Positions 1-9,589 of a DNA stretch of 64,000 nucleotides are shown here, in pieces; the first letter of the stretch is position 1, and each line of letters opens with the position of its first letter. The translations under genes were made by a program, and so were the position numbers. This stretch comes from a virus. Location: positions 8,810-72,809 of the IMG/VR virus record IMGVR_UViG_3300034691_000049, one strand, 5' to 3'. The notes under the pieces were generated by a model, which ran no database searches, was not told the DNA's origin, and was given only the letters and a program-made list of their open reading frames with translations.

Positions 1-113
1 CAACACACAAGAACTCTGAGTGATTATCCCCGCATCGGCCATCATCAGGCGTGTAGTGCGCAGAGAGCGCAGTATCAATGATCATTTGACTTGGTTTAAG
101 CACGGTGCAGCTC

Positions 114-455
114 CTATTGTTCGAGAATGAATGTACGCACAGCGTTTACATCATCAAGGGTCACAACTTCCCAACCCTTGTCATGAATGACAGCCAATAT
201 GGCATCTGGCTTGCTGCCGTATGGTGTGAGCATCATGGTAACTTTAGCTAGGGCACCCGCAGCAGTATCAGGGTCCAAGCGGTAATCAGGGGAATCACGT
301 AGTTGAGTGAGCGCCTCGATAGCGTCAGTGCGAATGGTGGTATCCACCAAGGATTCTATGTGCTCTTTGATTAGGGAATACTGATCACCCGTAACAAGCC
401 GCCTCAACGCAGCATTACGAAGGCAGGCTTGAAGTGCAATGATTAACTCTTTCAT
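114..455 (-). CDS. early-region hypothetical protein (113 aa)
   Basis: ORF with AAGGAG RBS upstream; lies in a run of - strand early genes. Confidence 0.75.
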   Translation of the reverse strand: MKELIIALQACLRNAALRRLVTGDQYSLIKEHIESLVDTTIRTDAIEALTQLRDSPDYRLDPDTAAGALAKVTMMLTPYGSKPDAILAVIHDKGWEVVTLDDVNAVRTFILEQ

Positions 456-466
456 GGATGAACTCC

Positions 467-757
467 TTACTTAGCTGGTTTGGGTGCAACATAAACAGAG
501 TGCATGACATTACGCGTGTTACCCGTAGTGTCAGACATAAGGAAGTCAATGTAGCTGTCGCACTGCGCTTGATCAGCACAATCATGCACCAAAGAACGAT
601 GCACACCTACATAAGGCACGACGGTGAACTTGATCTTGCAAGGGAACTGAATGACACGCTTGATGCACTGAGTGCACAGCAAATCATCATTCACCTTCTC
701 AGCAGCCTCATTGGAACAACCAACAGTGGTGCAATACATAGTAGACAGGAAGCCCAC
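467..757 (-). CDS. early hypothetical protein, Cys-rich N-terminus
   Basis: GTG start with AGGGG upstream; packs between neighbours on the same strand. Confidence 0.6.
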   Translation of the reverse strand: MGFLSTMYCTTVGCSNEAAEKVNDDLLCTQCIKRVIQFPCKIKFTVVPYVGVHRSLVHDCADQAQCDSYIDFLMSDTTGNTRNVMHSVYVAPKPAK

Positions 758-785
758 GGGAATACCCCTAAATGACGAATGGAAA

Positions 786-808
786 TACCTTAACAGGCCC
801 GAATGGGC
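786..808 (-). promoter_or_regulatory. candidate vRNAP hairpin promoter (template = + strand)
   Basis: TACCTTAACAG-GCCC-GAAT-GGGC; shares TACCnTAACAGG with the 1912 element; intergenic. Confidence 0.5.
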
Positions 809-810
809 AG

Positions 811-1038
811 CTATTCAAGCATTGCAGCAAGTTTTATGACATCAGGGACATCATCTGCATTAAGGCGTTGAGCACTGCCAGTGAGATGGTCAAGTTTGAT
901 ACAGTACCAGCCGTTTATTGGGTTATACCAATAATAAGCAAGCCCCTCGTGTAACCGCATCGCTTGAACCACATCCTCCTGCAAAGGCAGGGTCTCGAAC
1001 GCTTTGACACCATTATCAGGGAGCAGCATGAATTCCAT
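811..1038 (-). CDS. early hypothetical protein (75 aa, MEFMLLPDNG...)
   Basis: 3' part of the 811..1422 ORF; GAGG RBS before ATG at 1038; the upstream part is low-complexity DNA. Confidence 0.6.
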   Translation of the reverse strand: MEFMLLPDNGVKAFETLPLQEDVVQAMRLHEGLAYYWYNPINGWYCIKLDHLTGSAQRLNADDVPDVIKLAAMLE

Positions 1039-1467
1039 AACGAAAGCCTCACATGAATACCGCCACAGCACCGATAGGTGACAGGTACACATAGGTATGA
1101 CGAAAGGGGATGAAAGGATATAGGAAAGGGGAAACCTTATCTCAACTGAACCCAAACTCACTGAGTTACCTCCTAAACCTCCCCTATTTCTCCCCCTATG
1201 GGGAATGGGTGGTGATATCCACTCTGACGAGTGGGAATCTGACTCATTGAAGGGGAAAGGACTCTTCCGAACCAACTGTCTAAAGGGGAAAGGGATGTGT
1301 GATGTTGATGTGTGCTTTGTGTGTGCTCTTGAAAAAAGATGCCTCACCTCCGAAGAGGTAAGGACTTGGTGAAGATGTTGTGCAAGTACCAGCCAATGAC
1401 GATCAAAGACCAGACTAAGCACGAAGAGAGAGCAAGAGAGGTTTCAAAGGTCATGGATGGTTACCAG

Positions 1468-1761
1468 TTAAGCAGCGACGGCGTCAGCCTCGACTTGCAG
1501 GGCTTTCAGCTTGGCATTGAGGTCAGAAGCAGACAGAGCAGACTCAGCAGCACGAATGCGTTGATTGATGTCGTATTTGCCACGGAGAGCGTCGAGTTTC
1601 TCGTTACGTTCCAGAGTAGCGATTTCATTGAAGCCTTCAGCAGCACCCTCAACCCAGGAGGCAGAGTGGACAGCGGCATTGGACAACTTGGTACCAGCAG
1701 TGAACAGGTTGGTCAACATCAGGAAGAACTGAGCAGCCATAGCAAAGAACTGAGCAAACAT
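1468..1761 (-). CDS. N4 gp1-like early protein
   Basis: Amphipathic Phe-rich N-terminus then helical Ala-rich part as in N4 gp1; GGAG RBS; first - strand gene after the hairpins. Confidence 0.65.
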   Translation of the reverse strand: MFAQFFAMAAQFFLMLTNLFTAGTKLSNAAVHSASWVEGAAEGFNEIATLERNEKLDALRGKYDINQRIRAAESALSASDLNAKLKALQVEADAVAA

Positions 1762-1800
1762 GGTGTATCTCCAATCGATTGGTAAGGATGAGCACCGAAG

Positions 1801-1823
1801 TACCCATCACATAGCCGAAGGCT
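1801..1823 (-). promoter_or_regulatory. candidate vRNAP hairpin promoter
   Basis: TACC...ACAT-AGCC-GAA-GGCT, a C-GNA-G triloop hairpin just upstream of the gp1-like gene. Confidence 0.6.
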
Positions 1824-1911
1824 TAGAGTAGAACATCCTCTACGTAGTGAATGACAAGCAAGACACACATAGCTGAGATCATAGGTAAGGTCCATGAAAG
1901 GTACAGGATTG

Positions 1912-1934
1912 TACCGTAACAGGGCCGCAGGCCC
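1912..1934 (-). promoter_or_regulatory. candidate vRNAP hairpin promoter
   Basis: TACCGTAACA-GGGCC-GCA-GGCCC, 5-bp stem with GNA triloop like N4 P1-P3. Confidence 0.6.
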
Positions 1935-2131
1935 GTATGCACACCCTAGGGTGGGTGGGTCATTGAGGAAAGTGGATTGTAATCAGACCCGGGGGGGTAG
2001 AAACGGAATAGGGGGTTGTTGTTACAAATGCCCTGAATCAACCTGTCTATAATATTTTTTCACCCTACTGCGTACTGCGACCAATGGTATCTATGCCATA
2101 CTCCCCTATATCTCAACGATGGGTGGCTTCC

Positions 2132-2431
2132 ATGACTGTTCAGCGTTTCACTCGGCGGGATCGTCCCTTCCAGTACATAGCTGCACGTTTGGGCGGCCCA
2201 TTCGATCCCTTGCCTTATTGGTTTCAGGTTTTGGAACGAAACGGTACACTAAGGTACGATAGCGAGTACAATGTCGAAGTTCGCGTGATAACGGGTGCTT
2301 GGCAGACTGTCTCGCAGGGTGATTGGGTGGTTCTACAGCGCGGCGGTGAGTCTGACCTTGCTGGTTTCGATAAGGCCAACGTTTGGCTGGTAGAGCACGA
2401 AGACTTCATAAAATTATGGGAGAAGGTATGA
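2132..2431 (+). CDS. hypothetical protein
   Basis: ORF (alternative start 2084) overlapping the next start (ATGA); GDW-containing phage-protein pattern. Confidence 0.6.
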   Translation: MTVQRFTRRDRPFQYIAARLGGPFDPLPYWFQVLERNGTLRYDSEYNVEVRVITGAWQTVSQGDWVVLQRGGESDLAGFDKANVWLVEHEDFIKLWEKV

Positions 2432-2673
2432 GCTTGCAGCGTAATGATCCAATGGACGAATTTAAGGACGTAACACCGGTGACTGTCCGCAATGCTGCAC
2501 TGTTGGTGCGCCAAGCCGCGCTTGTTGAAGCCTCTGCGGTGTTGGCCCTGGAAGACTTGAAGGGTCAAGTAAAGGCGGCTCAGGGTGTCGCAGAAGATGC
2601 TCACTATCTACATAAAGCTGCGCTGCACCGCTTGAGTATCTCGGCCATGCAGCCGAACGGTGGCGAAGCATGA
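2428..2673 (+). CDS. hypothetical coiled-coil protein
   Basis: ATGA overlaps with both neighbours. Confidence 0.65.
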   Translation: MSLQRNDPMDEFKDVTPVTVRNAALLVRQAALVEASAVLALEDLKGQVKAAQGVAEDAHYLHKAALHRLSISAMQPNGGEA

Positions 2674-2885
2674 ACCTCGAAGATCTGAAGGAAGGTGACG
2701 TAGTTGCTGCGGTATGTGCAGGATGTGCGCAAACGCACGCATGGGATATTGTTCGCCCAGTAAGTTCCTTGCATGTGACCATGCAGCGAGGCTGGCACCC
2801 TGGGTTTTGTACTTGTGCGCGACAGACCACGTCTGTGGATAATGTTGTCTGTGTGCTTGCTGAATTTGCAGGGTTGAAACTATGA
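2670..2885 (+). CDS. small Cys-rich hypothetical protein
   Basis: CxxC and CxC motifs; ATGA coupling. Confidence 0.55.
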   Translation: MNLEDLKEGDVVAAVCAGCAQTHAWDIVRPVSSLHVTMQRGWHPGFCTCARQTTSVDNVVCVLAEFAGLKL

Positions 2886-3565
2886 CTGACTTGCTGACAC
2901 CGGAAGAGTTCAAGATGGTGCTCCCGGCACAGTTCCGGGGTAATGTGACGCAAGAGGTGATGGACGGGGTCAATGCGTTGTTGGCTGACCCGAACCTGGC
3001 GGAAGCGTACCGTGAACGCATGATTGGGCACACGTCTGTGCTGCGCGAAGGGAAGTTCAAGCTTGAGAGTTATCTCGGTGCCGTGAAGTACGTCACGCAG
3101 AAGATGATGAACAAGAGCAACCTGGATGCGTACATTGCTACGTTCCCGGCAAAATATCAGGACTTTGTTGCCCGGGGCGTGAGTCAGAAGGACATCAGCT
3201 CTTACGTGTCGGCGTTCAACAAGTCGAAGCTGGTGAACCTGATCATGGAGCAGGCTTTGATCCCGGCGTGGGTTGGGAATCAGGACATGTACCAGCAGGC
3301 GTTGAATGCACAGTTTGACCTGGGTATGAACGCGTCGAGTGAGAAGGTGCGCGTGGAGGCGCTTAACAGCGTGCTGGGGCAACTCAAGCAGCCGGAGAAG
3401 ACCAAGATCACGCTGGATATCAGCGAGGAAGTAGGCGACACCATGGCGGCTGTGCGTAAGCAGATGCAAGACCTGGCGGATCAGCAACGCAATCATATTG
3501 CGGGTGGGTTCGGTAATGCCAAAGAGGTCGCGGCTCAGCGGCTCCCGTTTGAGGTACAACAGTGA
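2882..3565 (+). CDS. N4 gp69-like protein (putative terminase small subunit)
   Basis: 227 aa, upstream of terminase; SEKVRVEALNSVL motif; N4 synteny. Confidence 0.75.
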   Translation: MTDLLTPEEFKMVLPAQFRGNVTQEVMDGVNALLADPNLAEAYRERMIGHTSVLREGKFKLESYLGAVKYVTQKMMNKSNLDAYIATFPAKYQDFVARGVSQKDISSYVSAFNKSKLVNLIMEQALIPAWVGNQDMYQQALNAQFDLGMNASSEKVRVEALNSVLGQLKQPEKTKITLDISEEVGDTMAAVRKQMQDLADQQRNHIAGGFGNAKEVAAQRLPFEVQQ

Positions 3566-4023
3566 TGGGCGTATTAGACAAGGCAGTGCCAGGGTTCTCC
3601 AGCATCTTCCCTGACCGCGAGGACCAAACGCCACAGCTTGGGATCTTGGGCCAATGGGGAACGCAGCAGGATAACGCGATCCGCAACTTTGGGACGCAGA
3701 TCCAGAGCCCGGGTGTGTCGCCAGACACGAAGCTGAACTTCGAGAAGCGCATCCTCAAGCCGGGTTCGTACCCGACGATTGATAATGGTGACGGTTCCGT
3801 GTCCACGCACCGCATGGCCTACGGCGGTGTCGATAATGGGTTTGTGGCGTACCCAACTATCGTGCAGAAGCCCGACGGTAAGCTGGTGCAGTTGGGTGAC
3901 GATGAAGCTTTCAACTTCGCCATGAAGAACCGTGAGTACCGGATGTTCGACAAGGAAAGCGATGCAGCTTCCTACGCCGAGGGTGGGTACAAGAAGTTCT
4001 GGGGCCTGGGTGAAAAGAAATGA
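3562..4023 (+). CDS. hypothetical protein between gp69-like and terminase
   Basis: 153 aa; overlaps both neighbours; two YPTI motifs. Confidence 0.7.
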   Translation: MMGVLDKAVPGFSSIFPDREDQTPQLGILGQWGTQQDNAIRNFGTQIQSPGVSPDTKLNFEKRILKPGSYPTIDNGDGSVSTHRMAYGGVDNGFVAYPTIVQKPDGKLVQLGDDEAFNFAMKNREYRMFDKESDAASYAEGGYKKFWGLGEKK

Positions 4024-5669
4024 TCCTGCCTGTTGATGAAGTGTACCAATCTGTTGATGGTTGGCTTGATGGGGTCGATTACACGATGGACCCGGGCTAT
4101 ATCCCTTCACAGTTCGCACTTGAGTTCGTAACCTTCATCAAGCTGGTAAATGGTGGCGTTGGTGAAGAGAACGAGACGCCTGTGCTCCACTTGCACATGC
4201 TTGATGAGATTGAGTTCATCGAGTACGACGAGAAGGGTGAAGTCAACCGATTCCCCCGTATTGCCAACATGGTGTTCCGTGGTGCGGCAAAGACCACCCT
4301 GATGGGCGAGTACCTGTTCCTTTACATCGGTATGTACGGGGGCCTGCCAAACTTCGGGCGTATTGAGCTGGCGCTGTACGTTTCCGACTCCATGGAGAAC
4401 GGCGTGAAGAACATGCGCAAGAACTTGGAGTTCCGGTATGAGAACAGCGACTTCCTCAAGAAGTACATGCCAGCCAAGGGACCGGACAACCCGGTGGGCA
4501 CTGAGTTCACGGATATCCGCTGGAAGTTTGTGAACCTCGACGGCAACGTGTTTATCGTCAAAGGTTACGGCGCCAAGACCGGTGTGCGGGGTTCCAAGGA
4601 AATGGGTAAGCGGCCGCGGCTTGCAGTGCTCGATGACTTGATTTCCGATGATGATGCACGTTCGCCGACGGTAATCGCCGCAGTAGAAGACACAATCTAC
4701 AAAGCGGTCGATCACGCACTGCATCCACAACGAAACATGATCATCTGGTCGGGTACACCCTTCAACGCGAAAGATCCGCTGTATAAAGCGGTTGAGTCTG
4801 GCGCTTGGCGCGTCAACGTGTATCCGGTGTGCAATCAGTACCCGTGTGCAGAAGAAGACTTCGTTGGCGCCTGGCCTGACCGTTTCCCGTACAGCTTTGT
4901 GAAGAAGAAGTTCGACACGGCCATGAAGGTGGGCAAGGTTGACACTTTCAACCAAGAGCTGATGCTTCGCATCATGTCCGACGAAGATCGCCTGATTCAG
5001 GATGGTGAGATCAGTTGGTATCGCAAAAAGAACGTGATGCAGTTCAAATCTAACTTCAACTTCTACATCACGACCGACTTCGCCACATCCGAGAAACAAG
5101 CGGCGGACTTCAGCGTGATCAGCGTGTGGGCGTACAACTACAACGGTGACTGGTACTGGGTGGATGGCATCTGCAAACGGCAGGACATGTCAGCCAACTT
5201 GATTGATCTTTTTGAACTGGTTTCGAAGTGGCGCCCTATGGGTGTTGGCATTGAAGTCTCTGGTCAGCAATCTGGTTTCATTCCTTGGATTCAGGACATG
5301 ATGATCCAGAAGAACATCTTCTTTGTCATGACTTCGGAGAACAACAGCACTAAGCCGGGTATTCGGCCGAACACCAACAAGATGCAGCGATTCAACACAG
5401 TTGTTCCATTGTTCAAGCTTCACAAGATCTATTTCCCGGAAGAGGATAAGACCGGGTCCGTTATGATGGAAATGGTCAACGAGTTGAGCCTTGCGTCGTC
5501 AAGCGGGTTCCGGTCGAAGAAGGATGACTTTATCGACACAATCTCGATGCTTTCTGTCATGCGGCCTGTTGCCCCAACCTCGCAAGAGGTAGAGCAGCGC
5601 GAAGGTGGTGGAATGTGGGATGATGACTACGCCCCGACTCCGGGGGCACTGGCCAACTACTTAGCGTGA
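4020..5669 (+). CDS. terL: terminase large subunit (N4 gp68-like)
   Basis: FRGAAKTT Walker A, VLDDL Walker B, SGTP motif, nuclease DFATS and DDFIDTIS. Confidence 0.95.
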   Translation: MILPVDEVYQSVDGWLDGVDYTMDPGYIPSQFALEFVTFIKLVNGGVGEENETPVLHLHMLDEIEFIEYDEKGEVNRFPRIANMVFRGAAKTTLMGEYLFLYIGMYGGLPNFGRIELALYVSDSMENGVKNMRKNLEFRYENSDFLKKYMPAKGPDNPVGTEFTDIRWKFVNLDGNVFIVKGYGAKTGVRGSKEMGKRPRLAVLDDLISDDDARSPTVIAAVEDTIYKAVDHALHPQRNMIIWSGTPFNAKDPLYKAVESGAWRVNVYPVCNQYPCAEEDFVGAWPDRFPYSFVKKKFDTAMKVGKVDTFNQELMLRIMSDEDRLIQDGEISWYRKKNVMQFKSNFNFYITTDFATSEKQAADFSVISVWAYNYNGDWYWVDGICKRQDMSANLIDLFELVSKWRPMGVGIEVSGQQSGFIPWIQDMMIQKNIFFVMTSENNSTKPGIRPNTNKMQRFNTVVPLFKLHKIYFPEEDKTGSVMMEMVNELSLASSSGFRSKKDDFIDTISMLSVMRPVAPTSQEVEQREGGGMWDDDYAPTPGALANYLA

Positions 5670-5676
5670 GGCAACA

Positions 5677-6342
5677 ATGAAATTGAACTACATCTTCAGC
5701 CAACTGGAAACCAGTGAGCTGAAACAACTGAACTGCATCGACCCGGTCACGGGAAAGATCAAAGCTGATCAGCACCAGGGCATTGTCGATGTGATGAACC
5801 AAGGGATGGTTGATCTGCATACGCGCTTTGATCTGAAGATCGGCAAGGTCACAGTGCCTATCGATTCGGCCGTCGAGCTGTACGACATGACCAAGTTCGA
5901 TCCCCAGGTGCGTGGCCGCTTTCTGCAACTGCATAAAGTGACCGATGAGCGGGGGTGTGATCTGCGCGTCAACGACTTCAGCCAACGTGGCCTCAACTTC
6001 CGCAGCCAGTTCATCTTTGAGGTGCCTGAGCATTTGCGTACGGTGCACCCGTTGCGCCAAGCCGTTATCTTGTACCGGTCACTGCCGACAAAGATCGGGG
6101 ACTGTTACGGTGATATCGACCCGGAAATGATCGAGGTTGAACTGCCGGTGGCCTATGTCTGGGCGCTGTGCCTGTATGTAGCCAGCCGCTTGCACACACC
6201 CGTCGGTTTGCAGGACGGAACCTACCGGGTGAATGCATTCCTTGGGCTGTTCCAGGCAGAATGCAAACGGTTGGAAGAAGTCGGTATGGATATGGACTTC
6301 CAGCAAGATGTAAACCATCTCCGAAAAGGGGGTTGGGCGTAA
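5677..6342 (+). CDS. N4 gp67-like virion structural (head-tail adaptor) protein
   Basis: Follows terminase; ALCLYVASR and C-terminal GGW typical of this position in N4-like phages. Confidence 0.75.
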   Translation: MKLNYIFSQLETSELKQLNCIDPVTGKIKADQHQGIVDVMNQGMVDLHTRFDLKIGKVTVPIDSAVELYDMTKFDPQVRGRFLQLHKVTDERGCDLRVNDFSQRGLNFRSQFIFEVPEHLRTVHPLRQAVILYRSLPTKIGDCYGDIDPEMIEVELPVAYVWALCLYVASRLHTPVGLQDGTYRVNAFLGLFQAECKRLEEVGMDMDFQQDVNHLRKGGWA

Positions 6343-6345
6343 ATG

Positions 6346-6376
6346 AAAAAAGGAGCCGATTGGCTCCTTTCTTTTT
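6346..6376. terminator. bidirectional intrinsic terminator
   Basis: A-run, GGAGCC-GATT-GGCTCC, T-run between convergent genes. Confidence 0.8.
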
Positions 6377-6433
6377 GAATAGGTGGCGGGATTGCTCTCC
6401 CGCCTGTTCGCACGCTTTAACAACGGCGCAGAA

Positions 6434-6913
6434 TTACAGAATTTGCCAATCTTCAGCAAGGCAGTCGTTGATGCTCGGCACCCAGGTGCTTACGGTATCA
6501 TTGACGTTCTTGATTGCAAAGTAAGCGTTGTACGGCACAGGAGCGTCAGCAAAATACTCAAGTGCCGCTCCAGTGCGGGCCGGGTAAGAACCTGGCGGCA
6601 CATAGTAAATAAACATGCCCTTCCCGTTCCAGCCTGCGCGAGCTACGCGGGAGCCCAGCTTCAATGCTTCGATAGCGATGCCAAAGGTTAGACCTTCAGT
6701 TTTACGGTATGCATTGTCGAATTGTTCCTTTGGCGACCAACTAATGTAGCCGACATGGGCTGAATGGTTGGGGGCACCGCCGTCGGTGTACTCGACAAGA
6801 TAACCGGCGTCCTCGCCGTTCTCATCTGCCGGAAGCTCCCAACCACGGTACACATTGTAAGTGCCCCGGGTCATCGCGGATGCTTTAACGACTTTCGTCC
6901 CGATATACATCAT
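6434..6913 (-). CDS. DUF2829 (Tad2-like) domain protein with extra N-terminal domain
   Basis: C-terminal FGIAIEALKLGSRVARAGWNGKGMF...WVPSINDCLAEDW pattern; ATGA overlap with the dUTPase stop. Confidence 0.8.
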   Translation of the reverse strand: MMYIGTKVVKASAMTRGTYNVYRGWELPADENGEDAGYLVEYTDGGAPNHSAHVGYISWSPKEQFDNAYRKTEGLTFGIAIEALKLGSRVARAGWNGKGMFIYYVPPGSYPARTGAALEYFADAPVPYNAYFAIKNVNDTVSTWVPSINDCLAEDWQIL

Positions 6914-7335
6914 TTGCCGGTACTCCCGAAACCACCAGCACCGCGGGCGCTGGAATTGGTGAACTGATCCACGAACTGCAAAGCAGGCGTGGCAACTGGA
7001 ACAACAATGAACTGAAACATGCGCTCGCCTGCCGCCCACTGAATAACATCACCCGGACGACCTTGAATGTTCACCTTCCATTCACCTTCGTAGTCGCTGT
7101 CGATTACGCCCACCGTATTGCCCAAACGAATGCCTTGTTTCACACCGGCACTCGAACGTGGCAGAATCAGCGCAACATGGCCGACCGGAACCTTGGCGGC
7201 GAAGCCAAGACCGTGAAGTCCTGCGGAACCGCTCAAGTTGCTGCCACTTGCAGGCATGTACAGGTCATAACCTGCTGCACCTTCAGTTCCGCGGGTTGGT
7301 GCGATCAAATCCGGGTGTAGTTTAACGATTTCCAC
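6910..7335 (-). CDS. dut: dUTPase (trimeric)
   Basis: AAGYDL, PRSS, GVIDSDYEG and RGAGGFGSTG motifs. Confidence 0.95.
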   Translation of the reverse strand: MEIVKLHPDLIAPTRGTEGAAGYDLYMPASGSNLSGSAGLHGLGFAAKVPVGHVALILPRSSAGVKQGIRLGNTVGVIDSDYEGEWKVNIQGRPGDVIQWAAGERMFQFIVVPVATPALQFVDQFTNSSARGAGGFGSTGK

Positions 7336-7371
7336 TATGATGCTTCCTTTACTGGTTTAGGAGACGTGCCC

Positions 7372-9525
7372 ATGGCACAGGATGAACAACAACCGCTCGT
7401 TACAAAGAACGAGCATAGCCTAACTGATTGGGCAAAAGAACCCACTCTTGCTGAGCTGAAGCTTGACGTTGATGGGTCGAAGAACTCCCATGACGCACAA
7501 GTCCAGCAAATTGACTTGTGGCTGGACTATCTCCACACCAAAGGTAAAGGCGCAGCACCAAAAGTCGCAAACAAGTCCACTGTTCAGCCAAAGACGATCC
7601 GTCAACAGGCAGAATGGCGCTATGCCTCACTGTCTGAACCGTTCCTGTCCTCGCCTGACATCTTCGAACTGAAGCCGGTGACCTGGGAAGATCGCGGTGC
7701 CGCTATTCAAAACGGGATCTTGCTGAATAACCAGCTCAATACCCGCATTGATAAGCAGCACCTGGTCGATACCATGGTGCGATGCGCCGTGGATACCGGT
7801 GTGGCCTTCCTGAAGGTGGGCTGGAAGCGCGAAACCAAGAAGAAAAAGCGCATGGTTCCGCAGTACGAGCTGACGCAGAATCCAGAATACCTGGAAATCA
7901 TGCAGCAACTCGACCAACTCAAGCAGGAATCCCCTTCGCAATACTACGAAGTGGATGAAGGCTACCGTCTTGCCCATGAAGCGTACGAAACGGACGGAAT
8001 CCCATATGCCCCATACCAAAATGGCATGATTGAGGAAGAATACGAGGACGTTTTAGCGAACCATCCTACTTTGGAAGTGGTTTCGCACAAGAATGTCATC
8101 GTCGATCCTTCTTGCAACGGTGTGTTGGAGAATGCCGGGTTCGTGGTCCACAAATTCCTCTCCAGTCACTCGGAGTTGTTGAAGGACGGGCGCTACAAGA
8201 ACCTCGACAAGATCAACGCCGACAAGTCGAACCCGCTATCCGAACCCGATTACTCGGTGAATGCGAAAGACAAGACGTTCAACTTCGCAGACAAGGCGCG
8301 AACCAAGTTCGTCGTGTACGAATACTGGGGTTTCCGTGATGTTCATGGCAAAGGTGAGCTGACTGCCTTTGTTGCGGCCTGGGCCGGTGGTGTTCTGATC
8401 CGTATGGAAGAGAACCCGTTCCCGGATGGGCAGATTCCTTTCGTGGCGGTCCCGTACTTGCCCGTATTCGAGTCCGTTTACGGTGAAAGCGACGGTTCGT
8501 TGCTGATCGAGAATCAGAAAACGATCGGTGCTGTACAGCGTGGGATGATTGACGTGCTCGCGAAGTCCGCCAACGGGCAGACCGGTATTGCAAAGGGCGC
8601 GCTCGATGCAGTGAACCAACGCAAATTCGAAGAAGGGCGGGACTACCAGTTCAACCCGGGCAACGATCCGCGTTCGGCAATCCACACCCACACTTTCCAA
8701 GAGCTGCCGACCTCTGCCTGGCAGATGGTGCAGAGTCAGAACCAACAAGCGGAGGCCATGACCGGGGTTCAGGCTTTCTCTGCTGGTTTGACGGGGGCTT
8801 CGTTGGGCGATACCGCAACTGGTGTGCGTGGTGCACTGGATGCTGCGTCCAAACGGGAAATGGGCATCCTTCGTCGCATGGCTTCCGGTGTTGTGAAGGC
8901 CGGCCGCAAGATCATCGCAATGAACGCGGTGTTTCTGGATGACCGTGAGGTTATTCGGGTCACCAACGAAGCATTCGTTGAAATTCGCCGTGATGACCTA
9001 CCCGGTAACTTCGATATCTCGCTGACGATCTCGACCGCAGAAGAAGACAACGCGAAAGCGTCTGAGCTGTCGTTTATGTTGCAAACCGTCGGCCCTAACG
9101 CCGGTTGGGAAGTAACAGCGATGATTCTTTCCGACATCGCACGTCTGCGCAAAATGCCAGATTTGGCGAAACGGATTAAGGATTACCAGCCGCAGCCCGA
9201 TCCAATCGCGCAACAGAAAGCTCAACTGGAACTTGCCTTGCTGCAAGCGCAGATTGTTACCGAGCAAGCGCGTGCTGCACAGTTCGGCGCCAATGCTCAA
9301 CTGCACCAGGTCAAACAAGGCACCGAGGTGGCTAAGTCCAACGCACTCAATGCGAGCGCAGACAAAACTAACCTCGACTTCTTGGAACAAGAGTCCGGTG
9401 TGCACCAAGAGCGCAACTTGCAGGCACTTGACCGTCAAGCTGAAGGTCAGGCACGATTGCAAGCAGTGCAGTCACTTATTCGGCAGCAAGAGCCGAGTCA
9501 GATGAATAAGCCTGGCGCTCAGTAA
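7372..9525 (+). CDS. portal protein (N4 gp59-like)
   Basis: About 720 aa; LTDWAKEPT, AEWRYASLSEPFL, EENPFPDG; Gln-rich C-terminal coil; GGAG RBS. Confidence 0.9.
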   Translation: MAQDEQQPLVTKNEHSLTDWAKEPTLAELKLDVDGSKNSHDAQVQQIDLWLDYLHTKGKGAAPKVANKSTVQPKTIRQQAEWRYASLSEPFLSSPDIFELKPVTWEDRGAAIQNGILLNNQLNTRIDKQHLVDTMVRCAVDTGVAFLKVGWKRETKKKKRMVPQYELTQNPEYLEIMQQLDQLKQESPSQYYEVDEGYRLAHEAYETDGIPYAPYQNGMIEEEYEDVLANHPTLEVVSHKNVIVDPSCNGVLENAGFVVHKFLSSHSELLKDGRYKNLDKINADKSNPLSEPDYSVNAKDKTFNFADKARTKFVVYEYWGFRDVHGKGELTAFVAAWAGGVLIRMEENPFPDGQIPFVAVPYLPVFESVYGESDGSLLIENQKTIGAVQRGMIDVLAKSANGQTGIAKGALDAVNQRKFEEGRDYQFNPGNDPRSAIHTHTFQELPTSAWQMVQSQNQQAEAMTGVQAFSAGLTGASLGDTATGVRGALDAASKREMGILRRMASGVVKAGRKIIAMNAVFLDDREVIRVTNEAFVEIRRDDLPGNFDISLTISTAEEDNAKASELSFMLQTVGPNAGWEVTAMILSDIARLRKMPDLAKRIKDYQPQPDPIAQQKAQLELALLQAQIVTEQARAAQFGANAQLHQVKQGTEVAKSNALNASADKTNLDFLEQESGVHQERNLQALDRQAEGQARLQAVQSLIRQQEPSQMNKPGAQ

Positions 9526-9543
9526 AAACAATCAGTAATATGC

Positions 9544-9563
9544 GGGACTTCTCACGAAGTCCC
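9544..9563 (+). other. intergenic stem-loop
   Basis: GGGACTTC-TCAC-GAAGTCCC after portal; no clear U tract. Confidence 0.5.
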
Positions 9564-9589
9564 CTCTAATACCCCAAGGAGCAACCCAA

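Larger units (their letters stand above)
1800..2080. other. probable genome terminus / terminal repeat region
   Basis: Divergence point between early (-) and late (+) blocks; non-coding; CCCGGGGGGG run at 1988-1997; matches N4 gene order at the ends. Confidence 0.5.

Noticed and set aside
1039-1422. 5' extension of the 811..1422 ORF
   Set aside because: Runs through low-complexity repeats; a better start with RBS lies at 1038
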